Assembly: GCA_963826715.1 (NCBI GenBank) | Contig: CAWGYA010000002.1 | Coordinates: forward strand, 32,001-96,000 | Reading direction: 5' to 3' | DNA from: Candidatus Bathyarchaeota archaeon | Lineage (GTDB): Archaea > Thermoproteota > Bathyarchaeia > Bathyarchaeales > Bathycorpusculaceae | DNA: 64,000 bases | Shown: positions 30,252 to 41,204 of the stretch, in pieces | How positions within the stretch are numbered: position 1 is the stretch's first letter | Layout of the letters: every line of letters starts with the position of its first letter | Translations under genes and position numbers: made by a program | Notes under the pieces: model-generated | Told to the model about the DNA's origin: nothing | Seen by the model: only the letters and a program-made list of their open reading frames with translations | Databases searched by the model: none

Positions 30252-31055
30252 TTAAAAAAATTCCTCTGTGGAGAATAAAAGTTTTTTGCATGATCCACAT
30301 GTGTCGTCTGTGATTTTTATTTGGGCACTGCAGTGAGGACATTTACTGCTTTTTTTGGCGAGATGTAATCCTTGTTTTTCTTTGGCAATTCTGCCGTCTT
30401 TGAGCAGCAACATGCGCTCGGTGTGGTTTGCTGCTTGACCATCGTGAGTAACCATGATTATGGTAGTTCCTTGGGTTAGGTTAAGGTTGGCGAGGAGTTT
30501 TATAATTTCGGCTTTGTTTTGGCTGTCAAGGTTGCCAGTAGGTTCATCGGCAAGGATTATTGCGGGTTCATTGGCAAGTGCTCTTGCAATGGCGACGCGT
30601 TGTTGTTCTCCAGCACTTAATCGTTGTGGTCTGTGGTTTTCTCTTCCTGAGAGACCCACGAGTTTGAGCAGTTCATTGGCGTGTTTTTTTCGGTCAGCTT
30701 TGGATTTAATTTTGCCTTCCATGGGTAACTCAATATTTTCGCGTGCGTCGAGGTAGGGAAGCAGATTAAAGGTTTGAAAAACAAAACCCATTTTGTCGCG
30801 ACGCAGCTTGTAGAGTTGGTTTTCGGGCATTTTGCCAACGTCGATGCCATCTATGAGAACTGTACCACTGGTGGGTTTGTCGATACAGCCAATGACGTTA
30901 AGCAATGTGGTTTTGCCTGAGCCCGAGGGGCCCATGATAGATATGAATTCGCCCTGGTTAACTTGCATTGAAAGGTTTGTTAGTGCGTTAACGGGTCGTT
31001 TGCCTAGCATGTAGGTTTTCTTTAGGTTTTCTATTAGCAGGACTGGTTTACTCAT
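30252..31055 (-). CDS. ABC transporter ATP-binding protein (MacB/LolD-like) with C-terminal zinc ribbon
   Basis: [17 protein letters not shown] and DEPTGNLD; CPHC...CGSC tail. Confidence 0.92.
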   Translation of the reverse strand: MSKPVLLIENLKKTYMLGKRPVNALTNLSMQVNQGEFISIMGPSGSGKTTLLNVIGCIDKPTSGTVLIDGIDVGKMPENQLYKLRRDKMGFVFQTFNLLPYLDARENIELPMEGKIKSKADRKKHANELLKLVGLSGRENHRPQRLSAGEQQRVAIARALANEPAIILADEPTGNLDSQNKAEIIKLLANLNLTQGTTIIMVTHDGQAANHTERMLLLKDGRIAKEKQGLHLAKKSSKCPHCSAQIKITDDTCGSCKKLLFSTEEFF

Positions 31056-32529
31056 ACTTCATCGCCTCTGCAGGTCTGATTTTTGCTGCTCTCCATGCTG
31101 GGTAGAGACTGCCGATTGCCCCCAACGCTACGGAGGCTCCGAACGCTAAGAGGACAAGCTCAATGTTAACTGAAGCTGCAGTGGCAGGTATTGTCCCTGC
31201 TCTTGCAACTAGCGGTCCGGCTGTGTTGCCCAAAAGGTTAATGCTTGGAAGAAGCAGAGCTGAAAGAGATGGAGCAGCAACTACGCCAATGGCCACGCCT
31301 ACCGCCCCAGCGATTAAACTGAGCAGTATGCCTTCCAGCATAAATTGCCCCATAACAGTTGAGTTACTAAATCCTATGGCTTTGAGGGTACCGATTTCTT
31401 TAGTGCGTTCTCGTACGGTGTAGAGCATGACGAAAAACACGATGAGACTAGTTGCTGCTACTACGACGATAATTTCTTCAAGTGCAGTTATCTGGCTTTG
31501 ACCAATGGATGCTTGCGCATTTTCGAGCGCTGCGGTGTAAGTGGATTCAATGTTTTGAAGTTGGCTGAGGCGTTCTTGACCTGTGGTTATGGCGAGTTCT
31601 GTATGCAAAGAATTAATGGAGTCTGCTACCTGAGAGACTACGTCGCTGCTTTGGGCGAATACTCGTAGGCTGGTTATGTATCCTGTGTTATTGGTTACTA
31701 TTTGCGCATCTGAGAGATTCATGTATAGCACAAGTCTGTCGGAAATCGATGAGGTTCCGTGAATGCCTACCACTGTAAAGTCTTGCCCCAAGATTGATAT
31801 GTTGTCACCGACGCCAGCGTTGAAGTAGGCAGAATTATTCTCGCTCAGCACCACGACACCGGTGTCGCCTGCTTGAAGGTTACGTCCATCAGTGAGGTTT
31901 GTAGGCAAAAGGGGATAATTGTTGACGAGTTCCGAAGTCAAAGGCAAGCCCTCAATGGTGTATTCAGTTAACATCCGTGTGAAGGATCGCCCCATAAACG
32001 AAACGGTTTCGTTGCTACCCTCTGACGCCTGCAAAATAGGCACAACCGCAGCCACACCAGCAACGCTAGTATTAATATCTGCATAGAGGGTTTCATTCAT
32101 TGGGTTTGCTTCTCCCCCGCCGAATTCTCCACCGCCAAAGCGTCCGGGGGTGTTTCCTATTCCACCGCCGAATTGGTTGGGATCAAAAACAAAATTATTG
32201 TCATCCTCTCTTTGAAAGAAGCCTCCGTTCTGTGGTGGACTGAAGTTTTGGGAAGCATTAGATGCCCTAAACCCGAAACCTGCGAAATCTGACGCTAATG
32301 TGCAGTCTATCTGGGTTAAGGTTTGATTAATTGACAGGCCCGTTTCAGTTATAGTGCTACTGAGGTTATCAGCGAGGTTGTTGGCTTCGTTTTGGTTTGC
32401 AATTACTCCAGCTGGAATGGATATCATAATAGCCATGGAAAACCCTAAAGCGATAATAACAAGTAGAGCTCGAATTTTTCTTCTCGATATATTTCGAATT
32501 GCACGATTAATTATTCCCACATGTGACAC
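31048..32529 (-). CDS. ABC transporter permease (MacB/FtsX family)
   Basis: ERTKEIGTLKAIG and YPAWRAAKIRPAEA. Confidence 0.9.
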   Translation of the reverse strand: MSHVGIINRAIRNISRRKIRALLVIIALGFSMAIMISIPAGVIANQNEANNLADNLSSTITETGLSINQTLTQIDCTLASDFAGFGFRASNASQNFSPPQNGGFFQREDDNNFVFDPNQFGGGIGNTPGRFGGGEFGGGEANPMNETLYADINTSVAGVAAVVPILQASEGSNETVSFMGRSFTRMLTEYTIEGLPLTSELVNNYPLLPTNLTDGRNLQAGDTGVVVLSENNSAYFNAGVGDNISILGQDFTVVGIHGTSSISDRLVLYMNLSDAQIVTNNTGYITSLRVFAQSSDVVSQVADSINSLHTELAITTGQERLSQLQNIESTYTAALENAQASIGQSQITALEEIIVVVAATSLIVFFVMLYTVRERTKEIGTLKAIGFSNSTVMGQFMLEGILLSLIAGAVGVAIGVVAAPSLSALLLPSINLLGNTAGPLVARAGTIPATAASVNIELVLLAFGASVALGAIGSLYPAWRAAKIRPAEAMKYE

Positions 32530-32894
32530 CGTTAAGTCTAAATTTTATGAAAACCAAGAAGGGACCTGCAGGAATTTTGGGCAGTTACTGGGGTGAAGGG
32601 AAATTTGTTGTGTCAGACCCCTTCTTGGTTATCTGGGTTCTTTTAGCCTGAGGTTTTATTAAACAATTTTTCATAATATTACCCAAATCAGACCCGAATT
32701 GTCACAGCGACAAGGCTTAAGGAATTAAATCTTCACACTAAGATCCAGCAAAGAGTTTGAAAAAGCGAAGACATTTTTAGTAAAGGATTACGGATATGTT
32801 TGCGGAATCCTTTTTCTGGGTATAAAAGCACACATTTATTACTAAAACTAACCAAACACTGATCAAGAATCCTTACGCACGGAGTGGTGAGAAA

Positions 32895-33197
32895 ATGTCT
32901 TCAAACGCACGTTCATTGAAGTACCTGCTTGGATGGCTAATCGCAGGCACTCGAGGGGGACCAACCCGTGCAAAAATAATTGAATCTCTAAAAGAGATGC
33001 CCCAAAACGCTAATCAATTGGCTACCTCATTGCAGATGGATTATAAAACCATGAGGCATCATCTTGAGGTGCTTGAGAAAAACCGAATTATAACCACCGT
33101 AGGGGACAGATATGGAGCTACCTATTTTCTCTCTCAAGCCCTTGAAGAGAATTATGGTTTATTTGAGGATATTATGAAGAAAATCGGGAAAAAGTAG
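32895..33197 (+). CDS. ArsR-like winged-helix regulator
   Basis: GTRGGPTR..I...PQNANQLA..L.MDYKT.RHHL. Confidence 0.85.
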   Translation: MSSNARSLKYLLGWLIAGTRGGPTRAKIIESLKEMPQNANQLATSLQMDYKTMRHHLEVLEKNRIITTVGDRYGATYFLSQALEENYGLFEDIMKKIGKK

Positions 33198-33208
33198 AAA
33201 AGGGAGAA

Positions 33209-33664
33209 ATGGAATTGGACAATCAAATGCAAAATAGCAAATTAAAAGCCGTATTAATTTTAACTGTTTTAGTAACAGTTACGTTATTAACGGTTTTCTG
33301 GGTTACAACAACCCTAAACGAGAAACCTTTTGATATAAGACGCGCACCTCCGCCGGGAGGCTTTATACCAGGTGACCTTGAATTCTTCTATCTTGTACTC
33401 GCAGTCATATCAACCATAAACATAGCCTTGCTTGTTATGGTTCTCTTTACATACGTGAACATTTACATTAAAACTCACTCACCATTCACCATAGGACTAA
33501 TAATTTTTGCTGTCGCCTTCCTACTAAAGGACATTGCAGCAAGCCCATTTATTTCTGGGCTTTTTAGCTTTCGTGCTTATGGCCTTGGACCCTTCGCGTT
33601 TCTGCCGGGACTCTTTGAATGTGCTGCACTTTCTGTTCTATTGTATTTGAGCGTAAAATACTAA
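33209..33664 (+). CDS. Membrane protein
   Basis: About 4 TM helices; co-oriented with the regulator. Confidence 0.7.
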   Translation: MELDNQMQNSKLKAVLILTVLVTVTLLTVFWVTTTLNEKPFDIRRAPPPGGFIPGDLEFFYLVLAVISTINIALLVMVLFTYVNIYIKTHSPFTIGLIIFAVAFLLKDIAASPFISGLFSFRAYGLGPFAFLPGLFECAALSVLLYLSVKY

Positions 33665-33710
33665 CAGCTGCCCTACAAATTCGAGTTGGTTGACAAGTAA
33701 ATAAGAGTCA

Positions 33711-35834
33711 ATGTCTACAATAAAAGTGGAGACTTTAATGGAAAAACCTGCGTATAAAAAGCCCAATCGATTAATCAAAGAGAAGAGTCCCTATCTTCTT
33801 CAGCACGCCTACAATCCTGTTGATTGGTATCCCTGGAATGCAGAGGCATTCCATAGGGCTGAGGCAGAGGATAAACCGCTTTTTGTCTCCATTGGTTATT
33901 CTACTTGCCACTGGTGCCATGTTATGGAGAAAGAATCATTTGAAGACGAACAGGTAGCCGCACTGATGAATAAATCGTTCATATGCATCAAAGTGGATCG
34001 TGAAGAACGCCCCGACCTAGACGCTGCCTACATGGCAGTTTGTCAAGCGATGGGACGTAACTGTGGATGGCCCCTCAACGTGATCATGACCCCCAAAAAA
34101 AACCCGTTCTTCGTAGCTAGTTACATTCCTAAAGAAAATCGATATGGTGCGGTTGGTATGCTGAGTCTTGTGCCGCAGATTGAACAAATCTACAAGACCC
34201 GTCGTTCAGAAATGGAAAAAATTGGAATTGAACTTAAAAAGCAAATAACAATAAAACCTCGCGTAGAGAATGAAAAAGCATTGGGTGTACAGGAGCTCAA
34301 TGAAGCTTTCGACCAGATGTTCCTGGCTTTTGACCACGAGAATGCAGGTTTTGGTCACGCCCCTAAATTTCCATCGCCTCATTATTTGCTGTTTTTGATG
34401 CGTTATTTCAACCGCACAAAAGAAAAGACAGCCTGGAATATGGTAGAGCAAACCTTACGAGCAATGAGACTCGGAGGCATTTTTGACCAGGTCGGCTTAG
34501 GGTTCCATCGTTACTCAACTGACGCACGGTGGCTGGTACCCCATTTTGAGAAGATGCTTTATGACCAAGCTATGCTTGCTTTAGCATACACAGAAGGTTA
34601 TCAACTATCTGGTCAGCTTAAATTTAGAGTCACCGCGAAAGAAACTTTAGATTACGTACTAAGGGACTTACTGGCTATAGAAGGTGGTTTTTACTCAGCG
34701 GAAGATGCAGATAGCGAAGGTGAAGAAGGCAAATTCTACCTCTGGACGCAACAAGAAATCAAGCAAGTACTGCCATCTGAACTCTTGGATTTCGCAATTA
34801 AAATCTTTGGTGTACAAGCCCAAGGCAACTATGTTGAACCAAATATGCAAAAAAGCGGTAAAAATATTTTGCATCTATCAGTTCCTTTAGAACAAATCGC
34901 TTCAGAAACCAATTTGACAGTGGATCAAGTCATAGGTAAATTAGGCAAAATCGTGAATTTTCTGTTTGAGGCACGTGAAAAACGGGTACATCCCGCTAAA
35001 GACGATAAAATATTGGTGGATTGGAACGGCTTAACTATCGCGGCAATGGCTAGAGCCAGTCAGGTGTTTGGGGAAAAAAGATATCTAATTGCTGCTGAGA
35101 AAGCAGCAGATTTTATTTTGAGCCAGATGCAAACTGAAGGGGGAAAACTTTTTCACCGCTACGCTAAAGGTGAGAAAGCTATTTGCGGTTTTCTGGATGA
35201 CTACGCGTTCTTTGTATGGGGCTTAATTGAGCTCTTTGAGGCAGATTTTAAGAAAAAGTATTTGGAAGCCGCAATATTATTAACTAAAACCATGATTGCT
35301 GAGTTTTGGGACATCGATGCCGGTGGCTTTGGATTCACAGGTAGAGATGGCGATAAGGCGGTGCCTAACATAAAACAGATTTACGATGGTGCTATCCCCT
35401 CGGGGAACTCTTTAGCGCTACTTGATTTGTTAAGGATAGCGCGTTTAAGCGGCGATGTCTCCTTTGAGCAGACTGCGCAGAAGCTTCTTGATTCATTTGC
35501 AGAGGACATTAAAGGCTATCCCATGGGTCACACATACATGTTAGTTGGGCTGGACTTCGCAATTGGACCCACCTTCAGCATAGTTTTAGTAGGCAACAAA
35601 GAGTCAGAGGACATGAAAGAGATGCTTTCGGAAATCAGGAAAAACTATCTCCCCAATCTTACAGTTAAAATTTGGGAAGATCAAGATAATCAAACAACAA
35701 TCCCCGGAGTAAACTACGAAAAAATCAATGGTAAAGCAACCGCATATGTTTGCCAAAACCAGACCTGCATGCCCCCAACGACTGAAAAACACGAAATGCT
35801 AAAATATTTAGGCATTAGTGCGACACCTGAATGA
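33711..35834 (+). CDS. YyaL/DUF255 thioredoxin-domain protein with (alpha/alpha)6 domain
   Basis: [26 protein letters not shown] and [12 protein letters not shown]. Confidence 0.92.
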   Translation: MSTIKVETLMEKPAYKKPNRLIKEKSPYLLQHAYNPVDWYPWNAEAFHRAEAEDKPLFVSIGYSTCHWCHVMEKESFEDEQVAALMNKSFICIKVDREERPDLDAAYMAVCQAMGRNCGWPLNVIMTPKKNPFFVASYIPKENRYGAVGMLSLVPQIEQIYKTRRSEMEKIGIELKKQITIKPRVENEKALGVQELNEAFDQMFLAFDHENAGFGHAPKFPSPHYLLFLMRYFNRTKEKTAWNMVEQTLRAMRLGGIFDQVGLGFHRYSTDARWLVPHFEKMLYDQAMLALAYTEGYQLSGQLKFRVTAKETLDYVLRDLLAIEGGFYSAEDADSEGEEGKFYLWTQQEIKQVLPSELLDFAIKIFGVQAQGNYVEPNMQKSGKNILHLSVPLEQIASETNLTVDQVIGKLGKIVNFLFEAREKRVHPAKDDKILVDWNGLTIAAMARASQVFGEKRYLIAAEKAADFILSQMQTEGGKLFHRYAKGEKAICGFLDDYAFFVWGLIELFEADFKKKYLEAAILLTKTMIAEFWDIDAGGFGFTGRDGDKAVPNIKQIYDGAIPSGNSLALLDLLRIARLSGDVSFEQTAQKLLDSFAEDIKGYPMGHTYMLVGLDFAIGPTFSIVLVGNKESEDMKEMLSEIRKNYLPNLTVKIWEDQDNQTTIPGVNYEKINGKATAYVCQNQTCMPPTTEKHEMLKYLGISATPE

Positions 35835-35875
35835 TCGATAGCTAAGAGAGGTACATTAAATCAGGATCTTGTAAC

Positions 35876-36736
35876 ATGAATTACTCAATCAGCAATAAAG
35901 AAAAATTAACCATCGAACATATGACTCCACAAGAAATATCCCTTGCCATCGAATGGGCGCAGATGGAAGGGTGGAATCCTGGAATTCATGACAGCGAATG
36001 TTTCTACAACGCTGATCCAAACGGTTTCTATGTAGTAAAACTTTCAGGCGAAATCGTCGGTACAATATCGCTTGTGAATTATGCACCCGATTTCTGTTTT
36101 GAAGGGCTCTTTATTGTAAAACCCGAATTTAGGGGGAGAGGAATTGGGCGACAAGTTCAAAAATTTGCGTTAAATATTTGTAGAAACGGCAATCTTGGGC
36201 TTGACGGGGTGTTATCAATGCAACATCAATACGAGCAATACGGATTGAATGTTGCTTATGGAAACACACGCTATTCTGGAACTGTCGACACAGAATCTAA
36301 AGGCGGTTGCTCCCCCATTAAACCGCAAGATTTTAATGAAATCGCCTCTTACGACAGGAGTATCTTCGTTTTTGACAGAGAACGGTTTTTGAGGTGTTGG
36401 TTGTTCCAGAAAGAAACCTCCAGTTTAAAGGCTGAAGATACGACAGGCAAAATAGTAGGCTACGGTGTCGTCCGCAAGTGCATTCATGGGTACAAAATTG
36501 GTCCGCTCTTTGCCGATGACGCTACAATCGCGGAACGGTTGTTTGATAACCTATCTTCAACAGTGAACGGTGAAACGATTTATTTGGATACACCGCAACC
36601 CAATTCTTCGGCGGTAGCACTCGCTGAAAGGAAGGGTATGACTGCAGTTTTTAGTACTGTGCGAATGTACACTAAGAAGGAGCCAATGGTGCCGTTGAAC
36701 AGGGTCTTTGGAGTAACATCTTTTGAGTTGGGCTGA
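35876..36736 (+). CDS. GNAT family N-acetyltransferase with tandem domain (YitH-like)
   Basis: EGWNPG, FRGRGIG, KIGPLFAD and GVTSFELG. Confidence 0.85.
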   Translation: MNYSISNKEKLTIEHMTPQEISLAIEWAQMEGWNPGIHDSECFYNADPNGFYVVKLSGEIVGTISLVNYAPDFCFEGLFIVKPEFRGRGIGRQVQKFALNICRNGNLGLDGVLSMQHQYEQYGLNVAYGNTRYSGTVDTESKGGCSPIKPQDFNEIASYDRSIFVFDRERFLRCWLFQKETSSLKAEDTTGKIVGYGVVRKCIHGYKIGPLFADDATIAERLFDNLSSTVNGETIYLDTPQPNSSAVALAERKGMTAVFSTVRMYTKKEPMVPLNRVFGVTSFELG

Positions 36737-36782
36737 TAACGATTAAATTTTTAATTGTTTTAAGGACAAAATAAAACAAATT

Positions 36783-36870
36783 TGGCGCCGAGAATGGGAT
36801 TCGAACCCATGCGGACCGGAAGGTCCACGGGCTCTCAAGGCCCGCGCGTTAACCACTCTGCCATCTCGGC
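36783..36870 (-). tRNA. tRNA-Ser (UGA), CCA encoded
   Basis: GCCGAGA acceptor stem, anticodon loop CUUGAGA, long variable arm, GGUUCGAAUCC and 3' GCCA. Confidence 0.95.
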
Positions 36871-36993
36871 ACCATGAATCAACAGTTTAATCCATTGTGT
36901 CTTAAATGTTTACCGAATCCTATACGACCATACTACATCTTCATAATGTCTTTTGAGCAAAGTTCTTAACCCACAAGATTAACCGTTAACGAT

Positions 36994-37413
36994 ATGACAC
37001 CCGCCATTACAATTCAGATACCCAGCAATTTACTCGAAGCCATCTACGCTGGCGCTAAACAACTTTATCCGCGGGAAAGCTTTTTGTTACTTAGGGGCAA
37101 GAAACGTAAAGAAATTATTCAAATCAATGATTTAGTTTTGGCGCCGTTTGCTATTCATGGTGAAGGCGAAGTCCATTTCAATCCATATATGTTCGCGGGA
37201 GACTTTTCACTAGTTGGTACTGTACATTCACATCCCTCAGGCAATATATCTCCAAGTCATGTTGACCTCAACTACTTCTTTGGACGGGTACTGCTAATTG
37301 TAGGTCCCCCCTTTCATGGCAAAGGGTGTATCGCTGCTTATGGATCCAGCGGCAACCTATTAACAATAGAAATTACTGATCCAATCGAAGATAACTGCGA
37401 AGAATTTTACTAA
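36994..37413 (+). CDS. JAMM/MPN+ metalloprotease
   Basis: E...HSHP...PS..D motif. Confidence 0.88.
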   Translation: MTPAITIQIPSNLLEAIYAGAKQLYPRESFLLLRGKKRKEIIQINDLVLAPFAIHGEGEVHFNPYMFAGDFSLVGTVHSHPSGNISPSHVDLNYFFGRVLLIVGPPFHGKGCIAAYGSSGNLLTIEITDPIEDNCEEFY

Positions 37414-37772
37414 CTCTCCTGGTTCCCACTTAAACTTACAATTTGGTAAGCTAAAAGGTAATCCAACGCAAATTTGTCAGCATTCCCCTCTGTGCCACGG
37501 TGCACCCGATCCACCGCTTTACTGCGCATATGGTGATAGAATTCGTGCAGAATTACAAATGGGTTCAAAAGCGCGTCGCTGTCTAGAACAGCTATGGTTT
37601 GAGTTTTAGCAGTATAGCAGCCGTAAGCTGAGCGCTTGTGCTTCTTGGGTAATCCAACCTTCAATGCAGGAACCTTAACATGATAGTTTTTTGCGAGAAT
37701 TTCGACGGCTTCTTCTGGTTTTCCTTTCAGAATCAGCGCCACTAAATTTGCTTTAAAATTTTGTTCAACCAT
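37410..37772 (-). CDS. Small HExxH zinc-metalloprotease-like protein
   Basis: ILHEFYHH...E..AD.FA. Confidence 0.7.
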   Translation of the reverse strand: MVEQNFKANLVALILKGKPEEAVEILAKNYHVKVPALKVGLPKKHKRSAYGCYTAKTQTIAVLDSDALLNPFVILHEFYHHMRSKAVDRVHRGTEGNADKFALDYLLAYQIVSLSGNQES

Positions 37773-37796
37773 ATAATTTACGACCAGTAAATAACA

Positions 37797-39044
37797 TTAT
37801 TGTCCATAAGTACCTCGCCTAATCTTTTCTGCGAGTAAATGAATGAATTCAATCGGCCACACATCATCACAAACATCATCAGTTAATATTTTGCGTTGAT
37901 GGTACATTGGAATCAAGTCATTCTTTAAAACCAAAATCAACAGGAACTGATGTCCATATGTACGTTTAAAAAGTGCATACTTTCGGGCTTGTCGCTTAGT
38001 CATTTCAAAGTGAGGTTCAAGAATGATTTTTCGCCCATGTACTTTTTTCTCTAGAATAAAATCGGGAGTGTAGACTTCGTTTGGCAATGGAAAACTGATA
38101 GTTTCATATCCATAAGGAATATGCATATTGAGGAGGGTCAGCGCAGTTTTTTTTTCCCAACCGCTTTTGTATCGACTCATCTTCTGATAATATGCTTGAG
38201 ATTGTCCCGTAACTTTCTGCATCCGCTCCAAAAAATCCAGCGCCATCTTTAGGGTATACCGATTGAGCGTCTTTCGCTTGAGCCATCGACCCAATAAAAA
38301 GAAAGGATAATCAACCTTTGCAGGATCCATTGGAAACAATCGTTTAGCATAATCGGTTAATTTTCGACGAGCGTCACCCTCAGTTTTTTCGTCTCGCCAA
38401 AGGGAGGGCGAAGCAAAAGGTATAATTCCTAAGCTAGCAGCCACGTTGGCATTTTCTTTAGTCAGGGGAACGTAGAGACCTTCGGGAAGCAGATGGTCGT
38501 AGATTTGAAGGTCAGGTGCAGGGCGTACCATCCAACGCATGTATATCCATGCGCGGTCGCGGTGTGGACCAGCGAACGCAGGAATATTTTGAGCTATGTC
38601 TTTGATAAAATCGACGGGTTTAGTAAATTTTTGGGCGTACTTTAGCAGGTTACGCTCTGCGTTAGTTCTTATGAAAAGGTTAACTGAGGCTAAAATCTCC
38701 GAGGCCGCTTTCTTATTAGGACCCAAGTCCGAATAAAAGTCAGCTTTGATGATCTCCTCTTCAAAAAGGTGCCCCTTCTTTATTTCAAAGAGGGTGCTGC
38801 CAAAGGCAGTGTGCAGGTAACTTAGTAGCATACGAGCGTTTTCGGGGTAACCGACTATAGTGTCGTCAAGGATAGATGCAGCTAGCAAAAAGTAGTGGGC
38901 AGAGATTCGGCGTTCCTCATATTTTTCTGAGTAGGGGTTAAAAAGTAGCCGTGGGCTCATACGTCGATCCCATTGGATATCAGCAACGTTAGAGTTTTTG
39001 TTAATAAAATCGATGAGCAGCGCGGTTATTTCGTCGGTTCCCAT
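37797..39044 (-). CDS. DUF2400/HhH-like domain fused to C-terminal PD-(D/E)XK nuclease
   Basis: YMRWMVR, L.VPL and PMDPAKVDYPFF, followed by YKSGWEK...YE...YTPDF. Confidence 0.65.
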   Translation of the reverse strand: MGTDEITALLIDFINKNSNVADIQWDRRMSPRLLFNPYSEKYEERRISAHYFLLAASILDDTIVGYPENARMLLSYLHTAFGSTLFEIKKGHLFEEEIIKADFYSDLGPNKKAASEILASVNLFIRTNAERNLLKYAQKFTKPVDFIKDIAQNIPAFAGPHRDRAWIYMRWMVRPAPDLQIYDHLLPEGLYVPLTKENANVAASLGIIPFASPSLWRDEKTEGDARRKLTDYAKRLFPMDPAKVDYPFFLLGRWLKRKTLNRYTLKMALDFLERMQKVTGQSQAYYQKMSRYKSGWEKKTALTLLNMHIPYGYETISFPLPNEVYTPDFILEKKVHGRKIILEPHFEMTKRQARKYALFKRTYGHQFLLILVLKNDLIPMYHQRKILTDDVCDDVWPIEFIHLLAEKIRRGTYGQ

Positions 39045-39226
39045 TGCCCTTACCTATTTTTGTATGTTATATGTGAGGATGCTTAAAACAGCTATCGTTC
39101 CCCTGCTTCAAAAATTAAAAATATTTGTAGATTTAGAAAAATCAAGAATGGTTTGTGAAACTTAAACACATCTTTATATCAGTCTCTTTAAAAGTCTAAG
39201 TTACAATATTACATAGAGGTAACATT

Positions 39227-39946
39227 ATGGCTACATTTGCACAACCAGGAGCATATGATTATAATCCAACTGTTTTCTCGCCCGATGGAAGACTTTACCA
39301 AGTCGAATATGCAAGAGAATTAGTTAATCGGGGAGGCACCATTTTAGGTATCAGATGTGCAGAAGGCGTGGTTTTCGGTTCAGAAGAAAACACCGAAATC
39401 CTTGAAGAAAAAGGGTGCTCTTGGAAAATCTTTCAAATTGACGAGCACATCGGAGCAGCCATTATCGGTTTAGCATCCGATGCACGAGTCTTAATCAACC
39501 AAGCACGGATATTGGCACAAAGTAACAAACTAACATACGATGAACCTATTGATGTAGAAATCGTTACCGAAAAAATATGCGACATCCAACAAACGTATAC
39601 ACAACACGGCGGAGGAAGACCCTTTGGAGTTGCCATGATCATAGGCGGAGTCGACAAAACAGGTCCACATGTTTTCGGAACTCATCCAAGCGGAAACCGA
39701 ATGGGATACAAAGCTACAGCCATAGGAGCAGGATGCGAACAAGTTCTATCTATGCTTAAAAACGAATACAGCGAAGATTTAACTCTCGAACAAAGCAAAA
39801 AGCTTGCAGTAAAATGTTTAGTAAAAACATTACAAACTAGGGAGCTATCACTTAGAATAAAAATTGCCGTTACACCTGTAGACACAAAGAAATTCGTTAT
39901 ACTCTCTGACGAAGAAATAGAAGGTTACATCAAAGAGGTAACTTAA
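39227..39946 (+). CDS. psmA: Proteasome alpha subunit
   Basis: YD...TVFSPDGRLYQVEYA, DARVL, YTQ.GG.RPFG and AIGAG. Confidence 0.9.
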   Translation: MATFAQPGAYDYNPTVFSPDGRLYQVEYARELVNRGGTILGIRCAEGVVFGSEENTEILEEKGCSWKIFQIDEHIGAAIIGLASDARVLINQARILAQSNKLTYDEPIDVEIVTEKICDIQQTYTQHGGGRPFGVAMIIGGVDKTGPHVFGTHPSGNRMGYKATAIGAGCEQVLSMLKNEYSEDLTLEQSKKLAVKCLVKTLQTRELSLRIKIAVTPVDTKKFVILSDEEIEGYIKEVT

Positions 39947-40100
39947 ATTATAAAATTTTTGAGCTCTTTGGCAAATTAGAGTCTTTGCTTGCGACGAGGC
40001 ACTATTTAATAATACCTTGATTCTTTTTCCATGCTTTCTTGAATCAGAAATAATGGATTCAAGTCATGAAATAAAATACACAACACAACGGAGGTAAATA

Positions 40101-40462
40101 ATGCCGACTTACCGTAAGCTTAATCGAAGAGATTGGTCAAATCACTTCTCGTCATAGCTATATATGTTGTAGTCATTTCAATCACTGCATTATTTTTACT
40201 TATTGAATATTGGTATTTTTGGCTATCACTTGTAGCAGGCGGATTGTTTGTCATTATATTAGGGCATAAAAAATCAACTGCTTATCGTTACCCAAAAGGT
40301 GCCAACGAATTTGAAATATCTTTCTTAAGCGATTTTTTCAGTCCTCATGGAGTAACTAAAGACGGCGGCTGGATGTACTTAAAATGCCCCAGGTGTCAAA
40401 ACAGAAGAAGAATGAAAATAATTGTTAAGGAAAACTCCAACGATCAGAAATCAACTATATAG
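40101..40462 (+). pseudogene. Small membrane/zinc-ribbon protein, probably degenerate
   Basis: GGAGG plus ATG 40101 joins the 40133 ORF only by a frameshift. First CxxC appears decayed (YPKG); second (CPRC) is intact. Confidence 0.45.
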
Positions 40463-40631
40463 GAATTCATACCCAAATAAATCTACCGATACTAAACTCT
40501 GTCATGAATATCATGGTGAATCTGCTGTGTAAGCTAGCTATAGGAAGCGTAAGTTATGATGAACAAAGCGCGTGCTTCAGGATCAAAGCGCATATATAGG
40601 AAAACAACGTAGAAGACAGGTGCAAATGTGT

Positions 40632-40706
40632 GGGCCGGTCGTCTAGCCTGGTTAGGACATCTGCTTGACGTGCAGAAGGTCGCCGGTCCGAATCCGGCTC
40701 GGCCCA
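40632..40706 (+). tRNA. tRNA-Val (GAC)
   Basis: GGGCCGG/UCGGCCC acceptor stem; anticodon loop UUGACGU; slightly atypical T-loop UCCGAAU. Confidence 0.93.
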
Positions 40707-40768
40707 CTCCATCTTCGGTCTGAGTCCGCACAACCTTTTTATGGTAAAAACATCAAATAATCATTTAT

Positions 40769-40957
40769 GCTGCCCGCCGCAAGTCTTCTACTTCAAAACG
40801 CATATACCAGTTTTTGTTAGATGACATGGACGTGAAGCGTTGGCATGATAACGTTTCTCGGAGCTCATCTATAACAACTGACGTGCACTTGAGGCGACTT
40901 GGGTCTTTTTGCAAGAGCACTCCGGAGAAAAATAATCATGCACTTGCAGTTCAATAG
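40769..40957 (+). pseudogene. N-terminal remnant of an archaeal tyrosine integrase
   Basis: LLDDMDVKRWHDNVSRSSSITTDVHLRRLGSFC resembles the D.DV.RW..N...S..T.DV.LRRLG.FC N-terminus of archaeal tRNA-adjacent integrases; no catalytic domain follows. Confidence 0.6.
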
Positions 40958-41204
40958 TCTCAAAATCAGCTTCCATAAACAAAAACATAGTAGAAAATAG
41001 AAGAATTGGACTAAATAGATAGTTAATGGTAGCTATTTTTCAAGCCAAGGCGTCATTCGAGGTACCTTCATTTTATTCACACTTCTCTCTTGAATGAACT
41101 TACCTTATCCTTATCAAAGGATCTCGTAAGCATTCATGTTCGCTTTAAGGCATGAACTGAATCCTTCTATCGAAAATGAGCCAGTTGGTTCATGTTGGTT
41201 CGAT

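Noticed and set aside
36783-36870. tRNA-Ser as an integration site
   Set aside because: No duplicated 3' end or adjacent integrase seen.
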